Of a stretch of 64,000 nt of DNA, positions 1 to 12,949 are shown in pieces; the stretch's first letter is position 1; each line of letters begins with the position of its first letter. Below the pieces are notes generated by a model, which saw only the letters and a program-made list of their open reading frames with translations, searched no databases and was not told the DNA's origin. The position numbers and the translations under genes are program-made. Origin of the DNA: Negaprion brevirostris (Eukaryota); the NCBI GenBank assembly GCA_030324005.1, contig JARDVH010000130.1, forward strand, positions 19,356,262 to 19,420,261. Reading direction: 5' to 3'.

Positions 1-490
1 AAGGATATTATTAAACTAGAAAGAGTGCAGAAAAGATTTACTAGGATGCTGCCAGGACTTGATGGATTGAGTTATAATGAGAGGCTGAGTAGACTGGGAT
101 TTTTCTCTTTGGAGTGGAGGAGGCTGAGGGGTGATCTTCTAGAGATGTATAAAATAATGAGGGACATAGACAAGATCGATAGTCAATATCTTTTCCTAAA
201 GATAGGTGGGTCCAAAACTAGAGGGCATAGGTTTAGAGATACAAAAGTGTTCAGAGGGGCAATTTTTTCACACACAGGATAATGAGTGTCTGGAACAAGC
301 TGCCAAAGATAGTAGAGATAGGTACAATTTTGTCTTTTAAAAAGCATTTAGGCAGTTACATGGGTACGATGGGAGAGGGATATGGGCCAAATGCGGGCAA
401 TTGGGATTAGCTTAGGGGTTTTAAAAAAAAAAGGGCGGCATAGACAAGTTGGGCCAACGGGCCTGTTTCAATGCCGTAAACCTCTAAGTG
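1..490 (+). mobile_element. CR1 (HER1-like) LINE 3' end
   Basis: ORF2 C-terminus QKRFTRMLPGL..LSYNERL..LGFFSLE.RRLRGDL..TRGHRF, followed by a 3' UTR with gggcc..gggcctgttt. Confidence 0.9.
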
Positions 491-1384
491 GCTTTGGCTC
501 ATGTTTTGCGGCATTTAGACATTTCTGACATGAGATATTTTTTGAAGTCAGAATAGAAAATGTGTGGTATCTAACAGTGTGGATGATTCCTGCTGTTGCC
601 TGGAGTTTGTAGTGGATACTTCATGAAACTCCCATGAGTAGACTGACCTGAAAACGATGGTTACAACTTGCTCTCACCATAATGAGTTGGATAAAAATTA
701 CGTCCCACCGCTTTTCATAATGCTATTCTCTTAATGCTATAAGCATTAAAAATTAATCTGATCTGGAATTGTCGCAGACAAAAGATGATGGGTTTAATGT
801 TACACACCAATCCTTTGTGATCTGTTTCAAGCTCAAGCGTAGCCGCAGGCAGTGTAAGTACTCTGGCCTTGATTGTTGGTTTAAGACAGCTTTACTTCAA
901 ACTTTTATAATGCTTTGAAGGGAAAAATGGAATGTCATGCAATGCACCCATGTAATTGGGATGGGCATTTATACCACCAAAATTAACAAGGTTGTGGGCT
1001 AGTTACTATTTTTCACAGCAAAACCACAAGTCCCATGTTAGCATAAGAAAATAAGAATAAATATTGTTTGTCACCTATTTGCCAATACAAGTACAAAACG
1101 TATTGTGCGACAGTTTGGTCTGACCAGTTTTTCTTTCCCCCAGAGATATTAAAAGGAAAATGGAAAATGTTATAAAGCTGAAATATAAACAGAAAACGCT
1201 TGACCCTGAGAACCTGGGAAGGTAGAGTAACTGGTTCAACTTTTTTTTCAGATGCTGTGAATTGGCAATACTTTCTTTTTGCCATTTCTGCACTGCATTT
1301 TTTGATAATGCAGAGGTTAATTTTCCAGTGAATGGCACAGCCCACCTGAATTGATAGTGAGTGTGCTACTTTTGAGGAGTACTG

Positions 1385-1960
1385 TGGAAAATAGGAGCAT
1401 GAGTAGCCCATTTGGCCTCTCGAACCTGCCCCATTATTCAATATGATCATGGCTGACCTATTTCAATACTGTACTCCTGCGCCCCATTACCCTTTAACGC
1501 CTTTAGTGTTTACAAATCTATTTCCTCTGTTTGGATTTATTCAGTGACTTGACCTCTACAGTCTTCTGTGATAGAGAATTCACCATGCTGTGAGTGAAGA
1601 AATCCCTCTTTGTCTCAGTCCTTAATGACTGACCCCATATCCCTTGATTGTGACCCTTTTGATTTAGATTCCCCAACTAGGGGGAATGTTATCCCTGCAT
1701 CCAGTCTGTCCAGCCCTGTCAGTATTTTGCATGTTTCAATGCAATCCCCTCCCATTCTTCTAAACTCAAGTAAATACAGGCCTAGTCAACCCAATCTTTC
1801 ATACGACAATCCTGCTCATCCCAGGAATTTGTCTAGTGAGCCTTCACTACCCTCCATAACAAAAATGTCCTGCCTTAGGTAAGGAGACAAAAAGTGCATA
1901 CACGACTCCCGATGTGGTCTCAGCAAGACCCTGGACAGCTGCAATAAGAGCCCTCTAATT
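1385..1960 (-). mobile_element. CR1 LINE 3' fragment
   Basis: Reverse-complement tail aaataggagca..gagtagcccatt..ctcgaacctgcccc, and antisense RGDL/RLG motifs (tcccctcccattcttctaaactc). Confidence 0.85.
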
Positions 1961-4900
1961 TCAATCACCAAAAAAGAAGCGCTATACTTGAATTTGTATA
2001 ATTAATTTGGAGTGTTTGTCAAGAGCACAGATCTTGAATTCCTATTGAAGTAGACAAAGTCTATTTCTATCAAGACAATGTTGGTCAAATTACAAAATGT
2101 ATTTGTGATGCAGTTTAATCCGAGGTAGATGAGATGCATNNNNNNNNNNCTTCCCTCTCACAAACGCATGACATTATGCAAAGAATTTATGTTGAAAAAT
2201 GTGCTGTGAAAGTACTGTACCTTAACAACCTGATAAATTTGTTCAATTGCTCATGTTCTCAGCATTGGATCTACTTCAGGTCTTAATTGTCTTCTCTCCA
2301 AAGTGCTTAATTATAGTATAATTTTCCCTTTACTATAATCAACCTTTGGAATACACTGCTGAGTATTATTATACAAATTTCATTGATACTGGAGGAAAAG
2401 TTTTGATTTGAAAGATGTATTTTGAATAGACACAGCAAAGCATGTCACATTCCAACACCATCCTTGCCATGTTTAATCTTTATCAATGCAGAAATATGAA
2501 GCTAAGAACTCTTTGTAGTTTTACATTTAATTTTTCTTTCTTTCATAAAATGTTGATAAACTTTTATACTCTTCAATAAGTTTACCATGGAGTTTTACCA
2601 AATCTTGTCCAAACAGATCTTCTAGATTTGTCTGCAGTACAGAAACACCAAAGTTGTAGGGGGGGGGGGTGGAAAACAGGGTGTTGTCCCAGANNNNNNN
2701 NNNNNNNNTTGGATATTAAGGGATATTTGAACAAGGAAATTGTTTCATAAGATTCATTTTCACAATGAAGTAGCGATGATGCGAAACTCAAACCGGAGCC
2801 TTGCTACCCTTTTAAGGTCTGGGTCCCACACTGAGTATCAGTGACGCAAAACAACTTTGGATATAATTTCCACTCTAGTCAAAAATCTTTACAAACTCTC
2901 AAACCAATAGTATGAAACTTACACTGGTTGCTTACTAAGACCCACGAGCAAAAGCTTGTTCCCAGGTAGTCATCCACAGAATGAGTTCTCACGTGATTTC
3001 TTGTAACTGCCCAAGTCACGCTTGTTGGCTGCAGCAACAATGTCCTTGAGAGGTGTGGCTTTCTGACCCTGGTTCTTCGGTACAGATAGTGATGTCTTGA
3101 ATCGCATCATCCAATTGGATTTTCAATCCCATCCTGGCCATGCAAAGACCACATGGTAATTTCTGCTCTCTCCAGGAGTTGTGTCCAGGTATCTGGCAGC
3201 AATGGATGAGTTCTGCATCTTAGTAAAGCAGGCAGAAAATTATTCTAAGCAGCAGGGAGGTGAGGGAAAATAAAAACTTGGTACATGTTACGGGAAATTT
3301 TTTAGGGCTTCCCTCTGGGAGTCCTGCATTGAACCAAAGCAATGCAAAATTTGCAAGACACAGTCTACAGTAAAAGACGTTCTTTATTTAACCAATACGC
3401 ATTAGGAGAGATGCCAGATTGATTGAACTTCTCTGTAAAATTATATCACATGAACACTTGATGTACTATTTTTAAAGATTTGTATTCCCTGCCCCCCCCA
3501 ACTGTCATACAAATGGGATGTTCAAAGTAATACACATTAACTACCTTGACCAAAATTATTCTATCCCTGGCATAATTAGGAATTCATTGGCTATTTGGTC
3601 CCAAATGTCTTTCCTTCTTTGCTTAGGGACCTGCTTAAGCACACATTGACAGTTCAAAAGTTTGCTTCTGCCACCTACATACTATGAGAACGAAAAGGAA
3701 ATCATTCTGTCTAACTGGTTGGACCTTATCAAGTCAAGTGAGGAGTGAAGTAGTCCTAGTCATTTCGATTAGCAGTTGAATCCTTCTGTTCCTTCCATTA
3801 TCTTGTACCTCTCAGCTACAAGGTCTTCCAAAGCTTTTTATTGACTATGTTCTCTCCTTCATTGTTCCACTTCAATGTGGCCTGTCTGGTTCTGCTTTTT
3901 CCCATTAAACTGTTGGCCAGTTCTTTGAAACTACATTTCAAAGTTACAGTACTTGTTAAAAATTCATTGCTGTTGGTTATATTTGTGGTTAAGGCAATAC
4001 CTTTGTATAACATATGCAGGAGGCACATTGTGATACCGTTGGTACATCTAAGGAGTATTATGGTCCCTATTTTAGACGAGCCTGTTTTAAAAGCCCCTTA
4101 ATAGCAAGAGTTTAAGCATCCTCTACTACAGTACATTTGAGCAAGATTTGTAATTCTCATGTGTTGAACATAACCTTACACCTCCAGTGGTTAAGAAAAT
4201 AATTCTTTGGCACAAGCATGTTCACAGGTTTTTGCACAAGTTAATTACTTTCTCTGAGTATTCATGACTAAAAATATTTTGGTGCAAGAGTTAGTTAACT
4301 AAAACAAAATGGTCGTACCAAGTTCTGAATGATAATTTCATATTTTTTGTAATTTTTATCATGTTCCCAAGATGTAGAGAAAATGAAAATAATATATTTT
4401 CTCTAAGAGCTCTGAAAGTTAAATGCAAATTTCAGCTCCAAAATGTATCAATTAACAACGTGTTCATTCTGAAGCACACCACGATCCTGATTCAGTTTTT
4501 GGTAAGATTTGGTTAGGGACCTACAAAGCTTGAGATTCAAGACACTTCTTCAGAGAAATAGAAGTTCCATGGGCTTTGAACAAACTAAAATAAATTTTAT
4601 TCTGAAAGGTTAGAAAGATAAAACAAGTTATAATATCTACTTTATACTCAGGGTTAATATGAAATACCTGTGACTTAACTGGCAACCTTTGATCAAACAC
4701 ACCACACCACACAATAAATGGCAGAGGGGACAATGGCAGCTTCCTTTCTCAACAACTCACCCAGATGTCAGTAAATGCTGAGTTAATCAATCTCGTCTAA
4801 ACTCTGTCCCTCTAATGAGGGATTCCAGCCTTCACCTTAAAAGGTCTTGATTTGAAATTTTCTCCAAAAGCAGTTCCAACTCGGATGGCCTCAACAGCAG

Positions 4901-5064
4901 CAGGATTTCAGTCTCTCCTCCCAAAACTCTGTTCCCTTGGGCTCACAAGTATGTCCCTGAGCACAAAGAACTCCTCCAAAGACTTGCCTTCATCCCAGCG
5001 GCCCACAGCCAGCTTCACCAACCTTCCAGTTGCTCAGGCTTCTCCTGTGTTCTCTTCACTTGAA

Positions 5065-5250
5065 TAAAAGCAAAATATTGCAGATGCTGGACATCTGAAA
5101 TAGAAACAGAAAATGCTGGAGAAACTCAGCACATCTGGCAGCATTAGTTCTGTCGAAGGGTAATTTCGATCCGAAACATGAACTCTTTTCCTCTCCACAG
5201 ATGTTGCCAGACTTGCTGAGTTTAACCGGCATTTTCTGTTTCTATTCCTG
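5065..5250. mobile_element. Penelope-like pLTR relic in inverted configuration with a decayed hammerhead core
   Basis: Arm 5098-5144 is the reverse complement of 5201-5247. Between them lies ctgtcgaagggt..gatccgaaac, a CUGANGA..GAAA-like core. Confidence 0.7.
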
Positions 5251-6529
5251 TTCTCATAAAGTCTGCTGACTACAACCTGTTTACTATTTGGAGCAACTTT
5301 CTCTGCCCTTTGGCTTTTAACTTAACTGGGACCTGTCTCTGTCCCTTCTGAGACCTTTCCCTATGCCCTGCATGGGACCATTGTCTATAATGGCACTCTG
5401 CTTTCGGTCATGTGTCATTGTTTTTCGTACCATTTCCCTTTCTGCACAGGTGTGCTGGGTCTGTCCTTGACTCAATGAACTTAAGTTATTGAGTTGTGTC
5501 TCTGCAGACTGTTTCTAATCTGTGCATGCAGGGAAATTTCGAGGCCTGCCAGAAATTCCTGACCCCTGTCCTTGTCGTTTAAAGGTAAGTCTTTCACAAG
5601 TCAAAGGTATGGTTGCATCTTAAGCGAAGTATAGGACAAACATTCACTGTGTTTTCAGCTGAAAAGACTCTTCAGCAATTCTTGGTTGCTAAACGTTCAT
5701 GCAAGTTGAGCAAAATTATTTTTGTCTGTAATAGTGGGCAATATTGTATCTCAAATTCTATAACTGTTTTCTATGCTCAATTAAAGCAGTCTGAAGAGTA
5801 TACTTTATTAGTTCTGTACATGTCTCCCAATCATTTGTGATCAAAGAAAGTATTCCTGATTGAGCTGGCAAGTCTGTTTTGACACAGTAGGCCAATGTAT
5901 GCACTATGTCTTGCAAACTGTGCCAGTCACACTGATCGTTCAGGTTAGATCCATTGCTTTCTAACCAAAAAAATCCAATCATTTAACAGCAGGGCTCAGA
6001 AGTTAAAATTCAAATATATTGACTGTTAAAATGAACATGAAGTGTAAAAGGGTAAATGTGGCTCTTGCAGCAATCAACCCTTGCATGAAAACTACTACTT
6101 TACACATTGTAGAGCAAAGGGTTAACAGAAGCACAAGATGTTGATGCAACCTCACTTGATAGCATAAAAGAGAGTTGGAAGGAGCAGATTTCAATCTTGT
6201 GCAGAGGTTTTAACCTGCATGCAACAGCTGTAAATAAAGAGTTATGGTTTTTAACAAACCATGGTTTCTAGCTTGCTTTGGGAGAATAGACAAACCTCTT
6301 CTAAACCCTGAACACAACACAGGTAATCTATGCTTCATGCTGCAATCTGATTGCCATATTGTATCTTAACTGTAGAGTAGAAACACAGCAACAATACTAG
6401 CCTGTTATCAATAAACCACTTATCATCTTGTACTTAGGTTTGAACTGTTTTCTGACAGAAGCATATTTTACGATAGTGGTTTTATCAATGCAAGTTGACA
6501 AGATGGTTAAATTGATTGTAATGCTGATG

Positions 6530-6750
6530 TATCTGAAGGGTCTGTCTCCCTTGAGAGTTGCAGTTTGCCAAATCTCTCCTCTTAAGACAGCCCTGCCATC
6601 CACAGAACAAGTCTGGTGAACCTTCATTGCTTTCCCTCATTGACAACATTGAGATAAGGGGACCAAAACTGGACACAATACTCCAGATACAGTCTAACCA
6701 AACTTCTATATAACTGAAGCGAGACTTGACTACTCCTGTACTCCCATTCT
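6530..6750 (-). mobile_element. CR1 LINE fragment
   Basis: Antisense RT C-terminal motifs (ggaccaaaactggacacaatactccag = LEYCVQFWSP). Confidence 0.75.
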
Positions 6751-6879
6751 TTTAAATACAGCTTGATAGAGGCTGTATTTGAAAAAACCTCCGAATTCTC
6801 AGGTTCACTCCTCCTGGCATTTTCAGAAGCCTTTTCTTTTAATCTTATGCAATCTTTAACTTCCCTTTTCAGCAGATGG

Positions 6880-7330
6880 CAGAAAGGTCATTTGCATCTC
6901 ATGAATGCTCATTAAAACAGCTGCCCACTGGCATCCCGTCAGGCCTTTCAGTCTTGCATCATGCCAGTGGAAATTTACATTGGCTTCAAACCCAATTGCT
7001 AATGAGTGGCATGCACATTGGATTTCAGTTCACCAGATACTTGAGGTGAGTACAGCAACTTTCTGCCATCGTGCTACACTGCTCCTGATGTGCTGTTCAG
7101 CATTCTGACAGGCAGATTAGTACTTGCCCTCCATCTCCATGCTGAGCTGATTTTCATGGACAGCACCGAGCTGCTGGATCCAGGGACCCTCCTGTCACTG
7201 TGTCCTGGGGTTGGGGAGTTCAGGGGTGCCCTTGCCTCTGGCGCCACAGAGCAGTGTCTATCTGGACCACATGATGTTGCGGGGCTCGTACACCAATGCA
7301 AAAAAGGTCCAAAATGTGACTGGGGTGTTG
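6880..7330. mobile_element. Harbinger-like DNA element fragment, homologous to 43698-44230
   Basis: Shares catttgcat.tcatgaa and cctgatg.gctgttca..caggcaga..tccatctcc.tgctgag.tga blocks with 43860-44120 in the same orientation. The superfamily call is an inference. Confidence 0.55.
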
Positions 7331-7677
7331 TTAGGTGAGGGGGGTGTGGCCTAATGAAGTTAAGGGAGGCACTGTGGAAGGAGGACTGTTCAAGGAGCTG
7401 GGAAAGGGTGAAGGCTCACAATGACAGGCAGAGCAGTAAGGAGGTGGATGAAGAAGGTGAACAATGGAAGGCGGGGAGAAGATTGAGGGGAGGGAACCTT
7501 GATCCCAACAAGGCTGCAAGAAAAGCTCACAAAAAAGTCAAAGGGATACCACATTGTTTACTGGAAGGGGATGAATGAAGTCTCTAGATGCAGTGGGTAG
7601 AGGTCCAAGTGGGGCATGGGTACAGATGGTGAGCTCATGAGGAGGGTTGTTGAATCAAGGAACAGCCTTTTCCCACC

Positions 7678-7810
7678 AAAAGAAAAAATGTTGGAAAATC
7701 TCAGCAGGTCAAGGCTTTGACGAAGAGTCATCTGGACACGAACCATCAGCTCTTTTCTTTCCTTACAGATGCTGCCAGACCTGCTGAGATTTTCCAGCAT
7801 TTTCTCTTTC
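7678..7810. mobile_element. Penelope-like pLTR relic, inverted configuration
   Basis: 7685-7710 pairs with 7778-7803 (25/26), enclosing ttgacgaagagtcatctggacacgaacc, a decayed hammerhead core. Confidence 0.7.
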
Positions 7811-8802
7811 CATAGGAATTTGCTTTTAAACAGCCTTCTCTCTGTGGATTGCTGAAGACAGGTGGGCTGGAGAGTTGTGCTGGGCTGATATTTATATAAA
7901 GCATTGGGACCTTTGGCAAATCAGCTGCTGACCTGCCTAGAGAGTCGGAGGGGAAGTCGCTGGTGTGTAACTGATGAATCTGNNNNNNNNNNNNNNNNNT
8001 GGGACAGGTGCCACGAGAACCATCCATCACCACACTTGGTCTTAAAATGGGAGAATTCTGTCCCAAGACTCTGTATGAGAAATCTTTTGCAAAGCAATTA
8101 ACCACTATGCAGCTCCTATGATGTTAGTCATCATATTTTGTGACCAAAACAATGACAGCTTAGTTTCAAGCTAACAATTACCCTGAAAGCGTACAGTAGA
8201 GGAGTTCAAGGCACCAAATCCAGTTGTCCTATTACTTTCTGTGAAGTGGTAAACCTAAACTAAAAATCAGAGGTACAAGTGTTGTAAAGGAAGAAGAAGC
8301 AAAGCTTTGAATTCCATTTTGTCTTGTGTTTTGTTAATTTTTGGAAGTGAAGTTCTCCTGTACTTCAGTTTTGATTACGGTCAACATTTTTCAAACAAAT
8401 CCGAGGAAAATCTTTGTTTTGAAGTTCACTTTTTCCTCTGTTTACTATTCTGATTTATTTTGAAAGCTGCATGAAGAAATAGAATAAAATACTTGCGTAG
8501 ATGAATGCAGATGAAGTAGTAATCCCCCATTTTGGTCCTTCACAAATCTTTCGGAATGACACAAGAATGTAGATGGGATGTCACATGTCCATGATGTATT
8601 CACACTCATCCTTGACAAAGCTGAGCCCGGTTATTGTTAACCCCCCACCAGGTGTGGAACGTACAATTCTAATTTTAAGTTGCGTGGTTTGATTAAGGTT
8701 TCAGAATGCAGCAAATGATGTGCTGGGACCAGCTGTAAAAATACTTAATCTTTTTTCAAAAAAAAACTGTATCGTGAAGAAGCATAAAATTTTGACTCGC
8801 AT

Positions 8803-8832
8803 TATATATATGTATGTATATATATATATATA
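8803..8832. repeat. (TA)n microsatellite, interrupted
   Basis: tatatatatgtatgtatatatatatatata. Confidence 0.9.
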
Positions 8833-9687
8833 ATCACCAATAAATGTCATGGTTATCATCATTTTGGTGTATTTTGTTGCAATTAAAAATCATCATATAA
8901 CTTATGAAATATTGTTTTCTGTCAGTTACCCAAACAACAGTGCTCAGGAGTTTCAGAATAATCATGCTGAGTAGCAGTGCATTGCCAATGTTCTTTTGTT
9001 GATGCGGTGCACTTAGGTGTCAGCCCGTGCTGTGGTTTTCAGAAATTCATTCATCTTTCTGGAACGATAATGCATTGTCACCAGTGGAATGTTCTAAACT
9101 CCATATTGCTGCACGTTGTACTCCATTTTAAGAACTATAATTTTCTACTCTCAATGCTATTTATAAATGCTGATTACCCCAATAGTGCTTAATTTGCACG
9201 GTTCACTGATTTGCACTCATCTCTTTAATTCCAAGACTCCTGTAAATCTGTGCATCTTTTGTTGCAAGATTGTTCAGGTTTTGAGACTGTTGCAATTTAC
9301 TTTTCTCGAGAAAGTAGATGTTTTTTTTGCCAGATAGCTTCTTTCTGAGTGAATTATTATAATTATGATGGATAATTGTGTAAGTTGAGTTTTGGGAGAT
9401 CATACTTTACAGCAGCACATTAAAACGTTTTATATGGCTGAAGATTTTGCAAATAGAAATCCTCTGAAGTAAAATAAAATATTTTCATTCACCTTGAGAT
9501 TTGTAATACTCTTATTAAATCGATTATAAAGCTTGTTATTAGGCTTATTCTGACATTATTCCGAACATTAAAACACTGTCACATTCTAACTGGGTTTGAC
9601 AAGAATTCAATCTAGTTTTCTGTTCATTCATACTATTTTTGTGTTATCTCATCAAGCTACATAATCAAGAACCAAATACACATCTGG

Positions 9688-9780
9688 AAAGTCACCTGAT
9701 GAAAGGGCAGCGCTCCAAAAGTTCATGATTCCACATAAACCTGTTGGACTTTAACCTGGTGTTGTGAGACTACTTACTAT
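9688..9780 (+). mobile_element. Penelope-like pLTR end, second family, with a hammerhead-like core
   Basis: cacctgatgaaagggcagcgctccaaaag..taaacctgttggactttaacctggtgttgtg: CUGAUGA followed by a stem II hairpin, with GAAA mutated to AAAA. Confidence 0.65.
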
Positions 9781-11079
9781 TGTTACACTTCTTAACTCGG
9801 TGAATATTTTGCTGTTAGACATTGCTGACCTCTCAGATGGAGTGTCTTTTGCAGAATTATCACTGGCCATAACTTGTTAGCAACATCCAATCTGCTAATT
9901 ACAAAGAAAGACAATTGAACCTGTACTTACATTCCCATTTTGACGAGGTAAGTTATCAGAATGCACTCAGAACAGAAAACAGCTTTGGCATTTTATTGTG
10001 CATTCTAGTGCAAACATCTGTCAAGTGTGAATAGTTTAATGCACGATTCGTAAATTATGTTTGTGGCAGAAATCAGATGTGATTTTCAGGAAACCCACAT
10101 GACTGGAAATATAATGCAGGAACTATTTTTATGTTTTTAATAACATTTTAAGTTGGCGCATTTTAATCCAGACTTGCAAAGTGCCAGAAGCTCATTAACA
10201 GTAAGTTTTTAGCAATGTTTTGTTTCGAGTAAATGTTACAATTTGACAGTTTAACAGCCTTCCATGATTCAATCTATATGTTTACAACAATGTTCAGTAA
10301 TTCAGTGTTTGCAAACTGCTGCTGTGACATTTTGGTGCAAGCATTTTAAGGCTTAAAATGACAATTGCAGCAACTTACTTCTGAATCATTATGCACGTAC
10401 CCATCTTTGTTGAGATGGAAAATTCAGATTATAGTCAGCCAGAAATATTGCGAGCCAAATCACTTTTAACAGAGCAGGAGCATCTGTTTGTAATTTTGTC
10501 TGTCGAAGATAATTCATCTTGTCAGCATTTTTCTTCACTGGAAATGGAATTGTGAGGCTCATTCCCCATATCAGAGAATTTATTATCATGTTGTTATCCC
10601 TTTGAAGAAGGGATAAATCAGCTCATTGAATAGAGGAACAGTAAATAATTCTCAACCAAAACCTGAAAAGCACCCCCAATGGATATTTTGTTTTTTTTCA
10701 ATGAGAATTTGAAAAATTAATACAACCTTCTCAAACAACATAGCTTTATCAGATGTGCAAGTCATGTTTTACGCTGAAGAATAGACAATGAAACTGGAAC
10801 ACACGATGCTTACCACGTTTAACAGAATGTTCTAAAAAATTGGATAGTAAATAGAAAATCCACACCAACATCTCCCAAATTCCGGTAATTTTACATAATC
10901 AACAGGATATTTAATTCGATGATCAGCCATGATCAAAACGAGTGGTGGAGCAAGCACGAAGGGCCAAGTGGCTTACCCCTGTTTCTTGTTTCAATGTTTC
11001 TGTTATGGATTGCTTTCTTTTGATTGCAAGTTTGTTTACAAAATTTTTAGTTTCATCCAGGGAGAAGTTCCATCCGTTC

Positions 11080-11510
11080 AGATCATGGTAACATAGTGAT
11101 TAGCACTGCTGCCTCACAGCGCCAGGGACCCGGGTTGAATTCTGGACTTGGGTGCTTGTGTGGAGTTTGCACATTCTCCCCATGCCTGTGTGGGTTTCCT
11201 CCGGGTACTCCGCTTTCTTCCCACAGTTCAAAGATGTGCCGGTTAGATGGATTGGCCATGCTAAATTGTTGCTTGGGGGCAATTAGATGGAATTAAGGGA
11301 AAGGGCCTGGGTGGGATTGTTGATGCAGATGCAATGGGCTGAATAGCCTCCTCCTGCACGTAGTGATTCTATGATTAGCCATGGTTAATGCGCAGGATGA
11401 CAGGAATAGGGCGAGTGAGAGGGCCTGGGTAACATGCTCTATCAGAGAATTGGTGCAGACCTGATGGGCTGAATGACCTCTTCTGCACTGTGGAGATTCT
11501 ATGATTGTAT
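11080..11510 (+). mobile_element. HE1-type V-SINE followed by a second tandem CR1-type tail
   Basis: tRNA-like head (ttagcactgctgcctcacagcgccagggacccgggtt), V domain (tgtggagtttgcacattctcccc..tgggtttcctccggg) and tail gggctgaat.gcctc..ctgcac..attctatga present twice. Confidence 0.9.
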
Positions 11511-11889
11511 GATTTGCTTTGTGTCCTTGTGGGATCTGGTTCTACTTGCCAACTGGATCTGACTGGTTTTTCTCCCACTCCCATTCTTCCTTCCAGCACC
11601 AGGAACAGCAATTGCAACAACTGTTACACAAGCAGTGACAATTGTGCCAAGATTTTCGTAATAACAGTAACAGCAGGGGCAATAAGATTCATGTTTACAG
11701 TGAGTTGCAACGGCAATGCAGTGCATTCTGCATCAGTTGTCAGTGCAAGTGGCAGTTACCAATGTATCAGATGTAGTTGCTGACGAGCTGGTTGGACACA
11801 TTTGTATTGCTGCAAACAATTGGCTTTGGATGATCCTTTGAACATTGCAGCAGGAGCGCAATGTGACTTTCTTGCCTTCTGAAGCGATG

Positions 11890-12130
11890 ATTTGGTCTAA
11901 GCGTTAGACTCTATGGAATGCAGTCACATTCCAAAAATAGTACCAGTCATCCATGCCTTTTTGCTAGCCCTATAGGTTATAAGCGGAGTAACAATATCTC
12001 AGAAAATTGAGGAGGTGGCACCCCAATTACCAGAAGCATGCTTTTTTTTCCTTCCCAGTCAAGGCAGTGCATGCTGAAAGAAGTTTATTCTTTTCCTTGC
12101 AATACCTGTTAACCCTCCAGGTAATGCAGG
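11890..12130 (-). mobile_element. pogo/Tigger (DDE_1, CENP-B-like) transposase fossil
   Basis: With frameshifts, the minus strand reads GG..KRI/LLSACTALTGKEKK/MLLVIG and then YRASKKAWMTGTIF (11974-11933). This matches the pogo consensus K.R.TVL.C.NA.G.EK...LVIG...Y..N.KAWMT..IF. Confidence 0.65.
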
Positions 12131-12949
12131 GACCACAATTGTAAATATTTATTGGGATTTGGAAATCAGAGTAGAATTTCAAAATTTGCAGATTGCTAGA
12201 ATGGTGAATGTGTCGTTCATGCAGTCTGTGACAAGGTACAATGACTATTAGTAATCAAGCAGAATGGGTGTGTAGGGGTTAAAATCATTGAACGTAGTTG
12301 CATTCTCCTGCGAATTCAGTACAGCAGCGTTTCTCTGGGAAGCTGCTATAAGTTGTTTCTGTGAAGTTCCCACAGTTAGGCTGCATAAACAAGATGAACA
12401 AGGGACAAAAGGATAGGAACTTTGATACACCACAAGGAGGGTAGCCATAACAGCATGTTCTGCAGGTGTGAATGTTTGGATGGTGTAGCCATGCAGGTGT
12501 GCTTCATTAGTAATTGAATATTATAATTAGGCAAGCGTTTAGAGGCTGTAACTGGTTCACTGTATGCACCGGATGCGAGGTAATTAGAACTAGTAGCAGT
12601 ATTTAGATATCAGTGACTTCAGAACAGATGTATACTTGTGATTGGTATGTGCAAATTACTTTTGCAATGTATTGTTCAGGAAGCCTGAATGCCTTGTGAA
12701 GATGGGCTTTCCTGCTATAGCTTAAATAAAGGCCGATTTAAAACTGAAAGTTTTGTCTGGTCTTCCCACAGTGTCGTACGTGGTAGCTGAATGGCAGTTT
12801 AGTTCCCTAACAGCATGTGTAAAAGCAAAATACGGTGGATACTGGAGATGTGTCTCTCTCCATAGATGCCACTAGACCTGCTGAGTTTTTTCCAGCACTT
12901 TGCCTGTGACAAATCCATTCTGAAATAAAAACAATGAATGCCACCATCG

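Noticed and set aside
2760-3330. Compositionally distinct block that might be a solo LTR
   Set aside because: No second copy, defined TG..CA ends, TSD or PBS could be established.
11505-11783. Cys-rich ORF suggestive of a toxin or zinc-binding peptide
   Set aside because: Low-complexity tract next to a SINE and a transposase fossil; no recognisable cysteine spacing or signal peptide.
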